Shown here in pieces: positions 37,393-49,910 of a stretch of 64,000 nucleotides of DNA. Both the position numbers and the translations under genes were made by a program. Every line of letters begins with the position of its first letter. Positions within the stretch are counted from its first letter, which is position 1. The DNA comes from Chiloscyllium plagiosum (lineage: Eukaryota), in the NCBI RefSeq assembly GCF_004010195.1, contig NC_057719.1, positions 78,779,623-78,843,622 on the forward strand, written 5' to 3'. A model generated the notes under the pieces. The model had not been told where the DNA came from. It saw nothing but the letters and a program-made list of their open reading frames with translations, and did not search any database.

Positions 37393-39759
37393 TGAGTCTT
37401 AAAATCATACAGCACAGAAACAGACGATTTGATCCATGCCACATTTACTTTTACTTGATTTCCTTGTGCCAATGCCGTTGTGTTTTGGAACCGTTGCTCC
37501 TTATACTTTTGTACGCCAAGCATAATTCGGTTAAATTGCCATTTAGAGAGTTGAGTCCTTTTCACAATCTGTGATGGATGTGCAGAGCAGGAAGCTGACT
37601 TTGTGATTAAAATTTGAAGGTAAATCACAAGTTCACGGCATAAATAGAAAGTGTTGCTACCAACAGTATGAGAAAATGCGAAGTTGACAGTTTAGCACAG
37701 ACAGGAATTTAGTCCAGCAGGGAAGGCGATGGTGCCTTTTAGTCATTTTTTGTTTTGCTTCCCTGTTGGCTGCTTCATTATTTACAGACAATGTGCTATT
37801 ACCTTGCTGATTTAATAACGAGTCAGCTAATAAAACAAATAAATGCTGTCACATCTGCATAACCAGGGCTTTAAATTGAAAGTGCAGGGGAGTGTTGAGG
37901 TGAAGGGAGATTTCTAAATCTAAAGAGAAAAGTTGAGGCCACAGAGCAGTGTAATGATAAGGGTAAGGACAAACAGTGTGGGAAAAGAAGGGACAGGGAG
38001 TTTAATGATAATAATGTGTCAGCAAGTGAAATTCAAGAAAAGCATATTTGTGAGAAATAAAAGGATAAGCTCATTATTTGAATGTATGAAGTATTTGCAG
38101 TAAAATTGACCAACTCATGAGACAAATAGAAATGCTGTTTTTGTGACAAACCTGTCAGTCCACCCTTCACTTTTCTTGAAGTGTTTCAGAATTTTGTGGC
38201 CCCTCTTTAGGACCTGCATATGTCCTTCTCTGTTGCATTTCCAGCTGTTCAGTTTTTCAAACCTTTCTTCACCACTATAACCTTGTATTCTTAGTATCAT
38301 TGCAGCCAATCTGCTCCCTAGGTATCCTATCAAGGGTTTAAATATTTGTTTAATAATGGTGCATTGAGAATGAGCTCGGCTACTGCAGCTATGTCTGAAT
38401 CAATATTTTGTATAAAGGCAATGTTATCATTTTGCTCTTGAATTAAATGTTCCTGCATCTAAAATTCGGAATACCACAAGATCATTTTCATTCAGATTTT
38501 TATTTGCACTTCTGGTTTTGAAGTGGAAGGAAATTTCAGTGGGCGTGTTACTTGCCTTTATTTACATTCCAGATTTGCATCTACTTTTCAGAGCTGAAAT
38601 CCCCTCTTCCCCACCACCACCAACCTGTGAGAACAGTAAGGAAGAGCAGATGACAATAGTGGGAACAAGGACAGTCATACTAGGGGAGTAATGGTAGGAG
38701 GAAGAGTGAATGAGGATAGAGAGAAGGAAGAAAGACACACAAGGCAAGTGAGGAAGGTGTGAAGTTGGAGTTAAAATGAACAAAATGTTTGGAGTTGAAA
38801 CAAGAATTGTCATGTTGATAAACTAGATAAACAAATCAGAGGGAGAGAGAATGTGGAAACTCAAAATTGGCTTTGATTTGATGCGATTTATTTGTTTATT
38901 GTCCCGTGCACTTTGTCACAAAATACAGTGAAAAGTGTTGTATAGTGTCACCACACTCGGGCACCACTTTAAAACACAGAAAAGTAAACTGGAATATAAA
39001 GGCAGAATAATAAAGAGATAAAGAAAAATAATTCGCCTTCACAGTCCTTCTTGTTAAGTGCTCCACCATGGGCCTGGTGACCTGGCACGAGTCCCCATCG
39101 CCATGCCGCCATTGGAATGCAAGTCACCACTCTTCTCAGCTGCACTAATGCCCTCACCACTGTGGGTTCTTGCTGGACCTCATCAATGCAGGCACCACCG
39201 ATGCTGCCAGGCACCACGCTGGCCCATATTTGACTCTGCTGCCGCCATGAGTTCGCTTCAGGCCCATCTCACCAATGTAGCTGGTTCTCGTATTGGGCCC
39301 AAACTAACGTCCGCCTCCGTGAATCTACGCTGGATGCAGACACCACTGGGAACCCAAACTCGCCTCCACCATAGCCGCCATGAGTTGGCGCTAGGACTTA
39401 CCTCGTCAATGTGGAAGCTTCTCACAAGCTTCGTCTTCTATCCTTCCCAGCAATGCAAGATCGGTGACACATAAGCTTCCTGCTGCAGAAGAAGAATCTT
39501 TAAGCTGTAGGTGGATATTTCGGTGAGAGAGGCAGATTATGAAGGATTGTACTGTATTCATGTAAATCCTAGTAATGTGGAGATACAAACATTCTGCTTT
39601 TTTGGTTGTTAAATGTTTTGTGAACTCTTTGATTTTTTTTATGTACAAAGTACTCCCTCTGCAATATTTATTAATATTATCTGTTTGTTATGTTATGTTA
39701 GGATATTGCCAGTTCCGCATTAACTGTTTACTGAGGAGGATTTTGGGTAAAGATGGAGG

Positions 39760-41678
39760 ATGGGAAGAAGTTGTGGCTGTAAGAGCTGCTCCTTTTTTTC
39801 TGAGGTATTTTCAGTGTTGGAGCTGATTTCCTCGAATTGTAGGTGCAGTAATTACTGTTTTATAAGCTGTTGCAGTGTTTTGGAACTCGGTGGGGGGGGG
39901 GAACAATCAAAACAACTGCACTTTAAAAAAGGAGGAAGGGAGACAAGGGCAGTGCCCAAATGGTGGGAAGTGAATCATTGGAGGAAGAAACCTACACTGC
40001 TGTCTGATCCAGTAGTGAACCTTCTCAGCTTTTAGAGCCTCTGCTGTTTGATTTCAAGTACTTTTGGACATTGGAGGTCATCTAAGTAAAGTAAACAAAC
40101 AGCAAATTTCACAGCTGACCTTGGAGAAACCTGTGTAGGAGAGCTCACAGCAGGGAAGCAACTAAGTGGGAAGCTTTTTTTGTAAACCAACAATAGTGAG
40201 GTGAGTGGGATTTTTCTTTAATTAGATCTGACTCTTGATTGATCTTTAAAAATGTAAAACATAGGTATTAAGTTAGCCAGGAGCAGTGTTTCTTTAAGCA
40301 GTAAGACTGGACTCATTTCTGGGTGTGCAGATTGTTAAGGTGACAAGATAGCCTTTAATAGAGTAATGTGCTCGTCCTGTCGGATGTGGGAGATTAGAGA
40401 GAGTTTCCGTGTTACTGATGATTTTGTCTGCAGAAAGTGTGTTTGGCTGTGAACCCTATCAGATCGCATGGATCAGTTGGTGCAGCAGTTAGAGACAACG
40501 AAGAGTTTACAGGATTGAGAGGGTGTGACGGATGGCAATTATAGGAAGGGAGAAAAACTGCAGATACAGGTAGGCTGGTGGTGCTTTCCTCATTTCAAAC
40601 AGGTATGCTGTTTTGGAAAACATAGAGGGTGATGAATTCTCAGCGGAACGTAGCACGAACAGCCAAGTTTCTAGTGTTGAGACTGGCTCTAAAAGCAACG
40701 AGGGGTGCGTCAGCTTCCAAGAGATCAATTGTGTTAGGGGATTCTGTAGTCAGAGGTACAGACAGATGTTACTGTGGCCAGCAGAGAAAAGGCAGAATGG
40801 TGTGTTGTTTCCCTTGTGCCAGGATAAAGGATGTCTCAGAGAGGGTGCAGAATGTTCTCACAGGGGAGAGGGGCCAGCAGGAAGTCATTGTCCACATTGG
40901 AACCAACGACATTGGAAGGGAAAAGGTTGAGATTCGGAAAGGAGATTACAGAGAGTTGGGCAGGAATTTAAAAAGGAGGTCCTCAAGAGTAGTAATATCT
41001 GGATTACTCCCAGTGCTACGAGCTAGTGAGGGCAGGAATAGGAGGATAGAGCAGATGAATGCATAGCTGAGGAGCTGGTGTATAGGAGAAGAATTCACAT
41101 TTTTGGATCATTGGAATCTCTTTTGGAGTAGAAGTGACCTGTACAAGAAGGACAGTTTGCCCTAAATTGGAAGGGGACTGATATACTGGCAGGGAAATTT
41201 GCCAGAACTGCTTGGAAGGATTTAAACTAGTAAGGTGGAGGGTGGGATCCAGGGAGATAATGAGGAAAGAAATCAATCTGAGTACAGTTGAGAACAGAAG
41301 TGAGTCAAACAATCAGGGCAGGCAGGGACAAGGTAGGACTAATAAATTAAACTGCATTTATTTCAATGCAAGGGGCCTAACAGGGAAGGCAGATGAACTC
41401 AGGGCTTGGTTAGGAACATGGGACTGGGATATCATAGCAATTCCAGAAACATGGCTCAGGGATGGTCAGGACTGGCAGCTTAATGTTCCAGGATACAAAT
41501 GCTACAGGAAGGATAGAAAGGGAGGCAAGAGAGGAGGGGGAATGGCACTTTTGATAAGGGATAGCATTACAGCGGTGCTGAGGGAGGAAATTCCCAGAAA
41601 TACATCCAGAGAAGTTATTTGGGTGGAACTGAGAAATAAGAAAGGGATGATCACCTTATTGGGATTGTATTATAGACC
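39760..41678 (+). mobile_element. 5' part of a CR1-like LINE: probable 5'UTR, ORF1 (CxxC..CxxC plus SGNH esterase), ORF2 APE endonuclease start; cut by the gap
   Basis: VMCSSCRMWE...FVCRKC at about 40363-40440; IVLGDSVVRG...VHIGTNDIG; CIYFNARGL...WDIIAIPETWL; 5' boundary uncertain. Confidence 0.88.
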
Positions 41679-42660
41679 NNNNNNNNNNNNNNNNNNNNNN
41701 NNNNNNNNNNNNNNNNNNNNNNNNNNNNNNNNNNNNNNNNNNNNNNNNNNNNNNNNNNNNNNNNNNNNNNNNNNNNNNNNNNNNNNNNNNNNNNNNNNNN
41801 NNNNNNNNNNNNNNNNNNNNNNNNNNNNNNNNNNNNNNNNNNNNNNNNNNNNNNNNNNNNNNNNNNNNNNNNNNNNNNNNNNNNNNNNNNNNNNNNNNNN
41901 NNNNNNNNNNNNNNNNNNNNNNNNNNNNNNNNNNNNNNNNNNNNNNNNNNNNNNNNNNNNNNNNNNNNNNNNNNNNNNNNNNNNNNNNNNNNNNNNNNNN
42001 NNNNNNNNNNNNNNNNNNNNNNNNNNNNNNNNNNNNNNNNNNNNNNNNNNNNNNNNNNNNNNNNNNNNNNNNNNNNNNNNNNNNNNNNNNNNNNNNNNNN
42101 NNNNNNNNNNNNNNNNNNNNNNNNNNNNNNNNNNNNNNNNNNNNNNNNNNNNNNNNNNNNNNNNNNNNNNNNNNNNNNNNNNNNNNNNNNNNNNNNNNNN
42201 NNNNNNNNNNNNNNNNNNNNNNNNNNNNNNNNNNNNNNNNNNNNNNNNNNNNNNNNNNNNNNNNNNNNNNNNNNNNNNNNNNNNNNNNNNNNNNNNNNNN
42301 NNNNNNNNNNNNNNNNNNNNNNNNNNNNNNNNNNNNNNNNNNNNNNNNNNNNNNNNNNNNNNNNNNNNNNNNNNNNNNNNNNNNNNNNNNNNNNNNNNNN
42401 NNNNNNNNNNNNNNNNNNNNNNNNNNNNNNNNNNNNNNNNNNNNNNNNNNNNNNNNNNNNNNNNNNNNNNNNNNNNNNNNNNNNNNNNNNNNNNNNNNNN
42501 NNNNNNNNNNNNNNNNNNNNNNNNNNNNNNNNNNNNNNNNNNNNNNNNNNNNNNNNNNNNNNNNNNNNNNNNNNNNNNNNNNNNNNNNNNNNNNNNNNNN
42601 NNNNNNNNNNNNNNNNNNNNNNNNNNNNNNNNNNNNNNNNNNNNNNNNNNNNNNNNNNNN
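41679..42660. other. Assembly gap (982 N)
   Basis: Run of N. Confidence 1.
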
Positions 42661-43596
42661 CAAACTTCTTATGGGAAGAGTTAACAACCAGGGATCTCCA
42701 TTAAACACAAGGGAGAGGGTGCTCAGACGAGATTTAGGAAGAACGTTTTCACTGTTAGAGTGTTGTTTATTTGGAATTCACTGTGTGACCGTGTGGTAAA
42801 GGTATGAGTCTGTAAAACATTTCAGGAGTGTTTAACCGAATACTTGAGAAGCTAGAGCACTCATGGATAAGGACCAGGTACTGGAAAGTGGGGTGAAATT
42901 AAACAGATATCTGATGAAAGAACCGAACACTGTACAGAAAATACAGAGCATGAAAGCATGGGAAGGGTAAAGGCATGGAAACTACTGGCGTTTTGTTACA
43001 AGTGGTCTGCGGAATGCTACACTCGTCAAAAGGTCACTAGGGCAGAATGGGGCCAGTGTGGCAGGATGGGATAAGAATAGTGGAATGCTGCTACACCAAT
43101 TAGCAGAGTCAGACTGGGTTGAAAGGTTACTATGGCAGGCTGAGATAATACCAATTAGTAAAGTCAGCCTCGCCTACTAAATACCATCATGGCAGTTTGG
43201 GAAACGTCGTTACAGTACATACTTAGGACATGACTTTAAATAATTAATTGATAGTAGAGTCAGCCTGCTTGAGGCACTTGTAGCAGGATATGACATTAAA
43301 TATCTAATTAGTAGTAAGTAGAGTCAGCTTGGGACAGGAAAACATTGTGATAGATGGGGTAGCTAAATATCTAATCATGACAGGTTAGTCTGGAAGGGAG
43401 GTTCATTGAGCACAGGTAGCAGTAGAATACTTAATGGTTACAGTAGAATAAATTAGGAAAAATCATAGTGGCAGAAGCAGAACGATAATGGGAATTAGCA
43501 CCATTGGTTTATTGTATAGCTGGAGTGAGGTAATCCTGACTAACACAGTTGGCATTCTGATAAGCTAACAAGACATGATTAAAGAAAAGGTATAAA

Positions 43597-44420
43597 GTGA
43601 TGGAGTTTAATTCAGATACATGTGAGACGTTGAATTTTAGGAAAGCAAATCTTAGCAGGACTTATGCACTTAATGGTAAGACCCTCGGGAGTGTTGCTGA
43701 ACAAAGAGACCTTGGAGTGCAGGTTCATAGCTCCTTGAAAGTGGAGTCACAGGTAGATAGGATAGTGAAGAAGGCGTTTGGTATGCTTTCCTTTATTGGT
43801 CAGAGTATTGAGTACAGGGGTTAAGAGGTCATGTTGCAGCTGTACAGGACATTGGTTAGGCCATTGTTGGAATATTGCGTGCAGTTCTGGTCTCCTTCCT
43901 ATCGGAAAGATGTTGTGAAACTTGAAAGGGTTCAGAAAAGATTTACAAGGATGTTGCCAGGTTTGGAGGATTTGAGCTACAGGGAGAGGCTGAGTAGGCT
44001 GGGGCTGTTTTCCCTGGAGCATCGGAGGCTGAGGGGTGACCTGATAACAGGTTTACAAAATTATGAGGGGCATGGATAGGATGAACAGACAAAGTCTTTT
44101 CACTGGGATTGGGGAGCCCAGAACTAGAGGGCATAGGTTTCGGGTGAGAGGGGAAAGATATAAAAGAGATATCAGGGGCATCGTTTACACGTAGAGGATG
44201 GTGCGTGTATAGAATGAGATGCCAGAGGATGTGGTGGAGGCTGGTACAATTGCAACATTTAAGAAGCATTTGGATGGGTATATGAATAGGAAGGGTTTGG
44301 AGGAATATGGGCCGAGTGCTGGCAGGTGGGACTAGATTGGGTTGGGATATCTGGTCGGCATTGACAGGTTGGACCGCAGGGTCTGTTTCCATGCTGTACA
44401 TCTCTCTGACTCTACGACTC
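43597..44420 (+). mobile_element. CR1/HER1-like LINE 3' fragment
   Basis: MEFNSDTCE...[33 protein letters not shown]; tail CTCTGACTCTACGACTCTA. Confidence 0.92.
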
Positions 44421-44965
44421 TAGATGCTGTAGGATTATACTTAAGAGGAAAGTCAGGAGGGGAAAAAAGGAACATGAGATAGCTTTCGAAAATAGAGTTA
44501 AGGAGAATCAAAAGGGATTCTACAAAGGGGTAACTAGTGATAGAATCGGCCCCTCAAAGATCAGCAAGGCAGTCTATGTGTGGAACCACAGGAGATAGGG
44601 GAGATTCTAAATGAGTATTTTGTATCAGTGTTTACTGTGGAGAAAGATATGGAAGATATAAAATGTGGGGAAATAAAATGCGACATCTTGAAAAATGTCC
44701 ATTTACAGAGGTTGAGGTGTTGGTTAGGGTAAAACACACAAAGATGGATAAATCCCCAGGACCTGATGAGGCGTACCCTAGAGCTCTGTGGGAAGCTAGG
44801 AAAGTGATTGCTGGGCCTCTTGCTGAGATATTTGTATCATTGATAGTCACAGGTGAGGTGCCGGAAGACTGGAGATTGGCTAATATGGTGCCACTGTTTA
44901 AGAAGGGTGGTAAGGAAAAGCCAGGAAACTATAGACCAGTGAGCCTGACATCGGTGGTGGACAAG

Positions 44966-45325
44966 TTAGATTAGATTAGATTACTTTACTTTTAGATTAG
45001 ATTAGATTAGATTTAGATTAGATTTAGATTACTTTACAGTGTGGAAACAGGCCCTTCGGCCCAACAAGTCCACACCGACCCGCCGAAGCGTAACCCACCC
45101 ATACCCCTACATTTACCCCTTACCTAACACTACGGGCAATTTAGCATGGCCAATTCACCTGACCTGCACATCTTTGGACTGTGGGAGGAAACCGGAGCAC
45201 CCGGAGGAAACCCACGCAGACACGGGGAGAATGTGCAAACTCCACACAGTCAGTCGCCTGAGGCGGGAATTGAACCCGGGTCTCTGGCGCTGCGAGGCAG
45301 CAGTGCTAACCACTGTGCCACCCAC
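44966..45325 (-). mobile_element. Young HE1/V-SINE with (TTAGA)n tail, inserted in CR1
   Basis: CpG-rich, near-consensus body; (TTAGA)n-like run at 44966-45030. Confidence 0.92.
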
Positions 45326-46369
45326 TTTTAATAGACGACATCACTCTTGGAGGAATCCTGAGGGACAGGACTTACGTGTATTTAGAAAGGCAAGGACTGA
45401 TTAGGGATAGTCAACATGGCTTTGTGCATGGGAAATCATGTCTCACAAACTTGATTGAGTTTTTTGAAGAAGTAACAAAGAAAATTGATGAGGGCAAAGC
45501 AGTGGACGTGATCTATATGGACTTTAGTAAGGTATTTGAATTATGGTAGACTGATTAGCAAGGTTAGATCACACGGAGGGAGAACTAGCCATTTGGATAC
45601 AGAACTGATTCGAAGATAGAAGACAGAGGGTGGTGGTGGAGGGTTGTTTTTCAGACTGAAGGCAGTGTGCTACAAGGATCAGTGCTGGGTCCACTGCTCT
45701 TTATCATTTATATAAATGATTTGGATGTGATAGCAGGTATAGTTAATAAGTTTGCAGATTACACTAAAATTGGAGATGTAGTGGACAACAAAGAAGGTTA
45801 CCTTAGAGTACAATGGGATCTTGATCAGTTGGGCCTATGGGCAGGGAGTGGCAGATGGAGTTTAATTTAGATAAATGTGAGGGGCTGCATTTTGGAAAGG
45901 CGGATCAGAGCAGGACCTATACATTTAATGGTAAGGTCCTGGGGATTGTGGGTGAACAAAGGGACCTTGGAGTGCAGGTTCATAGTTTCTTGAAAGTGGA
46001 ATTGCATGTAGATAGGATAACGAAGAAAGTATGCTTTCCTTTATTGGTCAGAGGTTGGGTGTAGGAGTTGGGAGGTCATGTTGTGGCTGTACAGGACATT
46101 GATTCAACCCACTTTTGGATTATTTCATGCAAATCTGGTCTCCTTACAATGGAGGATATTGTTAGGCTTGAAACGGTTCAGAAAAGATTTATGAGGATGT
46201 TGCCAGGGTTGGAGGAATTGAGCTATATGGAGAGGCTGAATAAGGTGGGGCTGTTTTCCCTGGAGCTTCAGAGGCTGAGGGGTGACCTTATAGAGGTTTA
46301 TAAAATCATGAAGGGGTGGGGGAGTCCAGAACTAGGGGGCACAGGTTAAGTTGAGAGGGGAAAGATATA

Positions 46370-46590
46370 GGAGAAAGTGAGGACTGCAGATGCTGGAGAT
46401 CAGAGCTGAAAAAGTGTTGCTGGAAAAACACAGCAGGTCAGGCAGCATCCAAGGAGCAGGAGAATCGATGTTTCGGGCATGGGATCTTCAGCCCTTTCCT
46501 GAAGAAGGTCTCATGCCCGAAACATCGATTCTCCTGCTCCTTGGATGCTGCCTGACCTGCTGCGCTTTTCCAGCAACATTTTTTCATTTC
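46370..46590. mobile_element. Fold-back PLE-derived mini-element, family A
   Basis: 14-bp TSD AGGGGAAAGATATA at 46356-46369 and 46591-46604; inverted arms; CTGAAGA..GCCCGAAACATC from 46499. Confidence 0.88.
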
Positions 46591-47048
46591 AGGGGAAAGA
46601 TATACAAAAGGGACCTGAGGGGCAACTTTTTCATACAGAGGGTGGTCGTGTATGGAATGAGCTGCCAGAGGAAGTGGTGGAGGTTGGTACAATTACAACA
46701 TTTAAAAGGCATCTGGATGGGTGTATGAACAGGGATGGTTTAGAGGAATATGGGCCAAATTCTGGCAAATGGGGCTGGATTCATATAGGACATCTGGTCA
46801 GAATGGACAAGTTGGACGAAAGGGTCTGTTTCCGTGCTGTATATCTCTATGGCTCTATGACCCATATCCTGCATCAAATGCTAAAATTAATGATTAATCA
46901 ATGTTTAATCAATGATTTGAATCTTTGGCAAATTATTATTTTGACATAATGTGTTGCCTGGCAGTTATTTAAAGATGGGATTTATGAATTGTTTTCGACT
47001 ATTATTCCACAGCTGACTTGGAATTTAGTCCTTTCCTTTCTTCTGTAG

Positions 47049-47235
47049 GTTTTGGTTAGCGGCAGAGGATCTGAAGAAACGACCCCTTCTGGAAGTGCCG
47101 GACAAGGTTCAAGAGACTTGGCAGGAATTTCTTGCTCCAGGTGCACCCAGTGCCATCAATCTCGACTCCCATTCCTATGAGATAACTAGTCAGAATGTCA
47201 AGGATCCAGGAAGATACACCTTTGAAGATGCCCAG
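47049..47235 (+). CDS. RGS6: RGS6 exon ([62 protein letters not shown]), RGS domain core
   Basis: ctgtag|GTTTTGG...GCCCAG|gtctgt; 187 nt, phase 2 to 0. Confidence 0.97.
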
Positions 47236-47436
47236 GTCTGTTCAAGTTTCTGCTTCAAGTTTAATGGCACTAATGGCCATGTCACGTGACTGGGTTATGG
47301 ATATGTGGGCATCAAGGGGAATAAAGCACTCAGGATGTGCCACACTCTGATGGCAAAGCACTCCATTAAGGTAGCAAGATGAGAGGGGCTCAGGAGTGGG
47401 TGAAGGAGGTGGGCTGCTGGAGATGGCGCACTTGGG

Positions 47437-47502
47437 CATACACGACCACCCTCTGTATGAAAAAGTTGCCCCTCAGGTCCCTTTTGTATATCTTTTGTAT
47501 AT
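47437..47502 (-). repeat. Perfect 59-bp inverted copy of 46596-46654 plus an 11-bp tandem duplication
   Basis: 47437-47495 is the reverse complement of 46596-46654; CTTTTGTATAT twice at 47481-47502. Confidence 0.9.
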
Positions 47503-47789
47503 GTGAGCCCTAGAGTGACAAAGTGGAGAAGGAGTGGGATGATCAGGGGAAAGTACTGCTCAAGAAGCAGCAAAGCTCACGGGACATGTCACTTAGGCCA
47601 CACACTGAACTATTAATTCCTCACAGTTAACGCTAACTATTCATGCTGCAAGTTCACAATGGTGCACAATTGGGCTATTCATTGGCTGAAAATCTCTTTG
47701 ATGGAAAGACATCACTGGCTGAGAGGTAGCCAGCACCTTTTAAATTGATGGGTGCACTTTGCAGAATGAAATTAAAAATACACAAAAAC

Positions 47790-48820
47790 ATCAAATATGG
47801 GAAGGACTTACACAATTAAAAGTAGGGCACTAGGTAGCAAGACCTAGTGGTTCAGGTACATAATTTGTGGGCGGCACAGTTAACACTGCTGCCTCACAGT
47901 GCCAGAGACCCGGGTTCAATTCCCGCCTCAGGCGACTGACTGTGTGGAGTTTGCACGTTCTCCCCGTGTCTGCGTGGGTTTCCTCCGGGTGCTCCGGTTT
48001 CCATCCACAGTCCAAAGATGTGCAATTCAGGTGAATTGGTCATGCTAAATTGCCCGTAGTGTTAGGTTAGGGGTATGGGTGGGTTATGCTTCGGCGGGTC
48101 GGTGTGGACTTGTTGGGCCGAAGGGCCTGTTTCCACACTGTAATGTAATCTAATCTAATCTAATAATTCCTTGAAATTTGCATCACATGTAAACAGGGTG
48201 GTTAAGAAGGTGTTTAGCACGTTGGCTTTCATTGCTCAGACCTTTGAGAATAGAATTTGGGACGTTATATTGAGGGTTGTAAAGGACATTGGTGAGGTCT
48301 CTACTGGAATACTGTGTCCAGTTCTGGCCACCCTGTTGTTGGAAGGATATTCTTAAACTCTTCAGGGTTCAGAAGAGATTTACCAAGATATTGCTGCGAG
48401 TGGAGGGCTTGAGTTATAAGGAGAGACTGAATAGGCTGAGACTTTATTTCACTGGAGTGTAGGAGTTTGAGGTGTGACCTGAAAGAAGTTTATAAAATCA
48501 TGAGGGATATAGACAAGGTGAATGGCAGGTGTTTTTTCCCAAGGGTGGGGATTTCAAGATGAGGGGCATATTTTTAAGGTGAGAGGATAAAGACTTAAAA
48601 AAGACACGAGGGGCAATTTATTTTTTTACACACTGGTTCATGTATGGAGTGAACTTGCAGAGGAAGTGGTGGATGTGCGTACAGTTACACTGTTTAAAAG
48701 ACATTTAGATAAATACATGAACAAGAAATGTTTGCAGGAAATGCTCCAAGTGCAGGCAGTTTTGTTTGGGATTATGGTTGGCAAGGACAGGTTGGACTGG
48801 AGGATCTGTTTGTGTGACTA
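47790..48820 (+). mobile_element. CR1-like 3' fragment hosting a SINE
   Basis: CR1 ORF2 3' sequence on both sides of the SINE, rejoining at CAGGTACATAATT/CCTTGAAA. Confidence 0.82.
47866..48162 (+). mobile_element. Young HE1/V-SINE with (TAATC)n tail
   Basis: Near-identical to the reverse complement of 44966-45325; short TSD ATAATT at 47860-47865 and 48163-48168. Confidence 0.92.
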
Positions 48821-49509
48821 AGAAAACACCTCTGAATCCTGATTCCAGCCTCCCACCCATCAAATAGCCATGAGGTCACTTGCAAATGGCAGTTCAATCA
48901 TGGACAGGTTTGGCAAGGAGTTGTACCTTCACTGTTGCATTGTTTTGATTTTTTACCTAACTGGGAGGAGTATGAAGTTGGTCAGAATCCCTGTGAAGCA
49001 GGCTGGAGTCAGCATGAAACAAATGGGATCAGAAATTTTGTAGACCAGGCAGGAAGAAAATCTAAATTGGGTGAGAGCAAAAGAGCAAAGACAGACCATT
49101 CAGCCATTAATGTCTTCACCACCATTCTGGATTATCTACTAGTTTTCTATACTATGGCCACCCTTTCTCCCACCCCCCATATCTCTTGATGTCATTTGTG
49201 TATGGAAATCTATTGATCTCTAGCTCGAACATGCTCATTGACTGAATTGCGCAGCTCCCGGGGATAGTGAATTCTAAGATTCACAGCCTTCTGAGTGAAG
49301 GAATTCCTCCTTGTCCTCTAGACAGTCCGAAATAATTTATCCCTTGTTCTGAGACGATGTCACCTGATGCTAGAGCCATCAGGAATAGGTCTGATGAATC
49401 TTCATCTGTAGAAAGTGTTTTCTACCTGATGTGTGTCACCAATAAGTAAAACATTACAGAGCTGGAATGAGAGGATATCCCAGAGGGATCAAGGTCAGAA
49501 TCTATTTAG

Positions 49510-49746
49510 GTATGTAAGTTAGCTCGCTGAGCTGGAAGGTTTGTTTTCAGACGTTTCATCCCCATACTCGGTAACATCATCAGTGAGAGTCTCCGGTGAA
49601 GCGCTGGTGGTATGTCCCACCTCTCTATTTATAGGTCTTGGTTTCTGAAGGTGGGTTTTGAAACATCTGAAAACAGACCTTCCAGCTCAGCTAACTATCT
49701 TACATAATTATCTTACCTGACTACACATCTCCTCAAAAATCACTAA
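49510..49746. mobile_element. Fold-back PLE-derived mini-element, family B, hammerhead on - strand
   Basis: 11-bp TSD AATCTATTTAG at 49499-49509 and 49747-49757; reverse complement of 49548-49585 is CACTGATGATGTTACCGAGTATGGGGATGAAACGTCTG. Confidence 0.8.
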
Positions 49747-49910
49747 AATCTATTTAGCTCAAGCAATGAGCAAAAAAATGCAGTTATTTTACTCAAAATA
49801 GGCTATAAGTTACTAAAATAGTGGGAAAGATGTGGTGAAACAAATGTGTAAATAAATTGCAGAGAATTGTCAGGATAGATAATATTGGGGATTTTACTGA
49901 TCTGAGTATA

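Larger units (their letters stand above)
44425..46860 (+). mobile_element. CR1/HER1-like LINE ORF2 (RT to 3' end) interrupted by a SINE and a PLE mini-element
   Basis: KSPGPDEAYPRAL...VPEDWRLAN.VPLFKKGGKEKPGNYRPVSLTS; QGSVLGPLLF...KFADYTK; tail CTCTATGGCTCTATGA. Confidence 0.92.

Noticed and set aside
41212..42708. 490-aa and 350-aa ORFs
   Set aside because: Artefacts of reading through 982 N; the real part is the CR1 endonuclease start.
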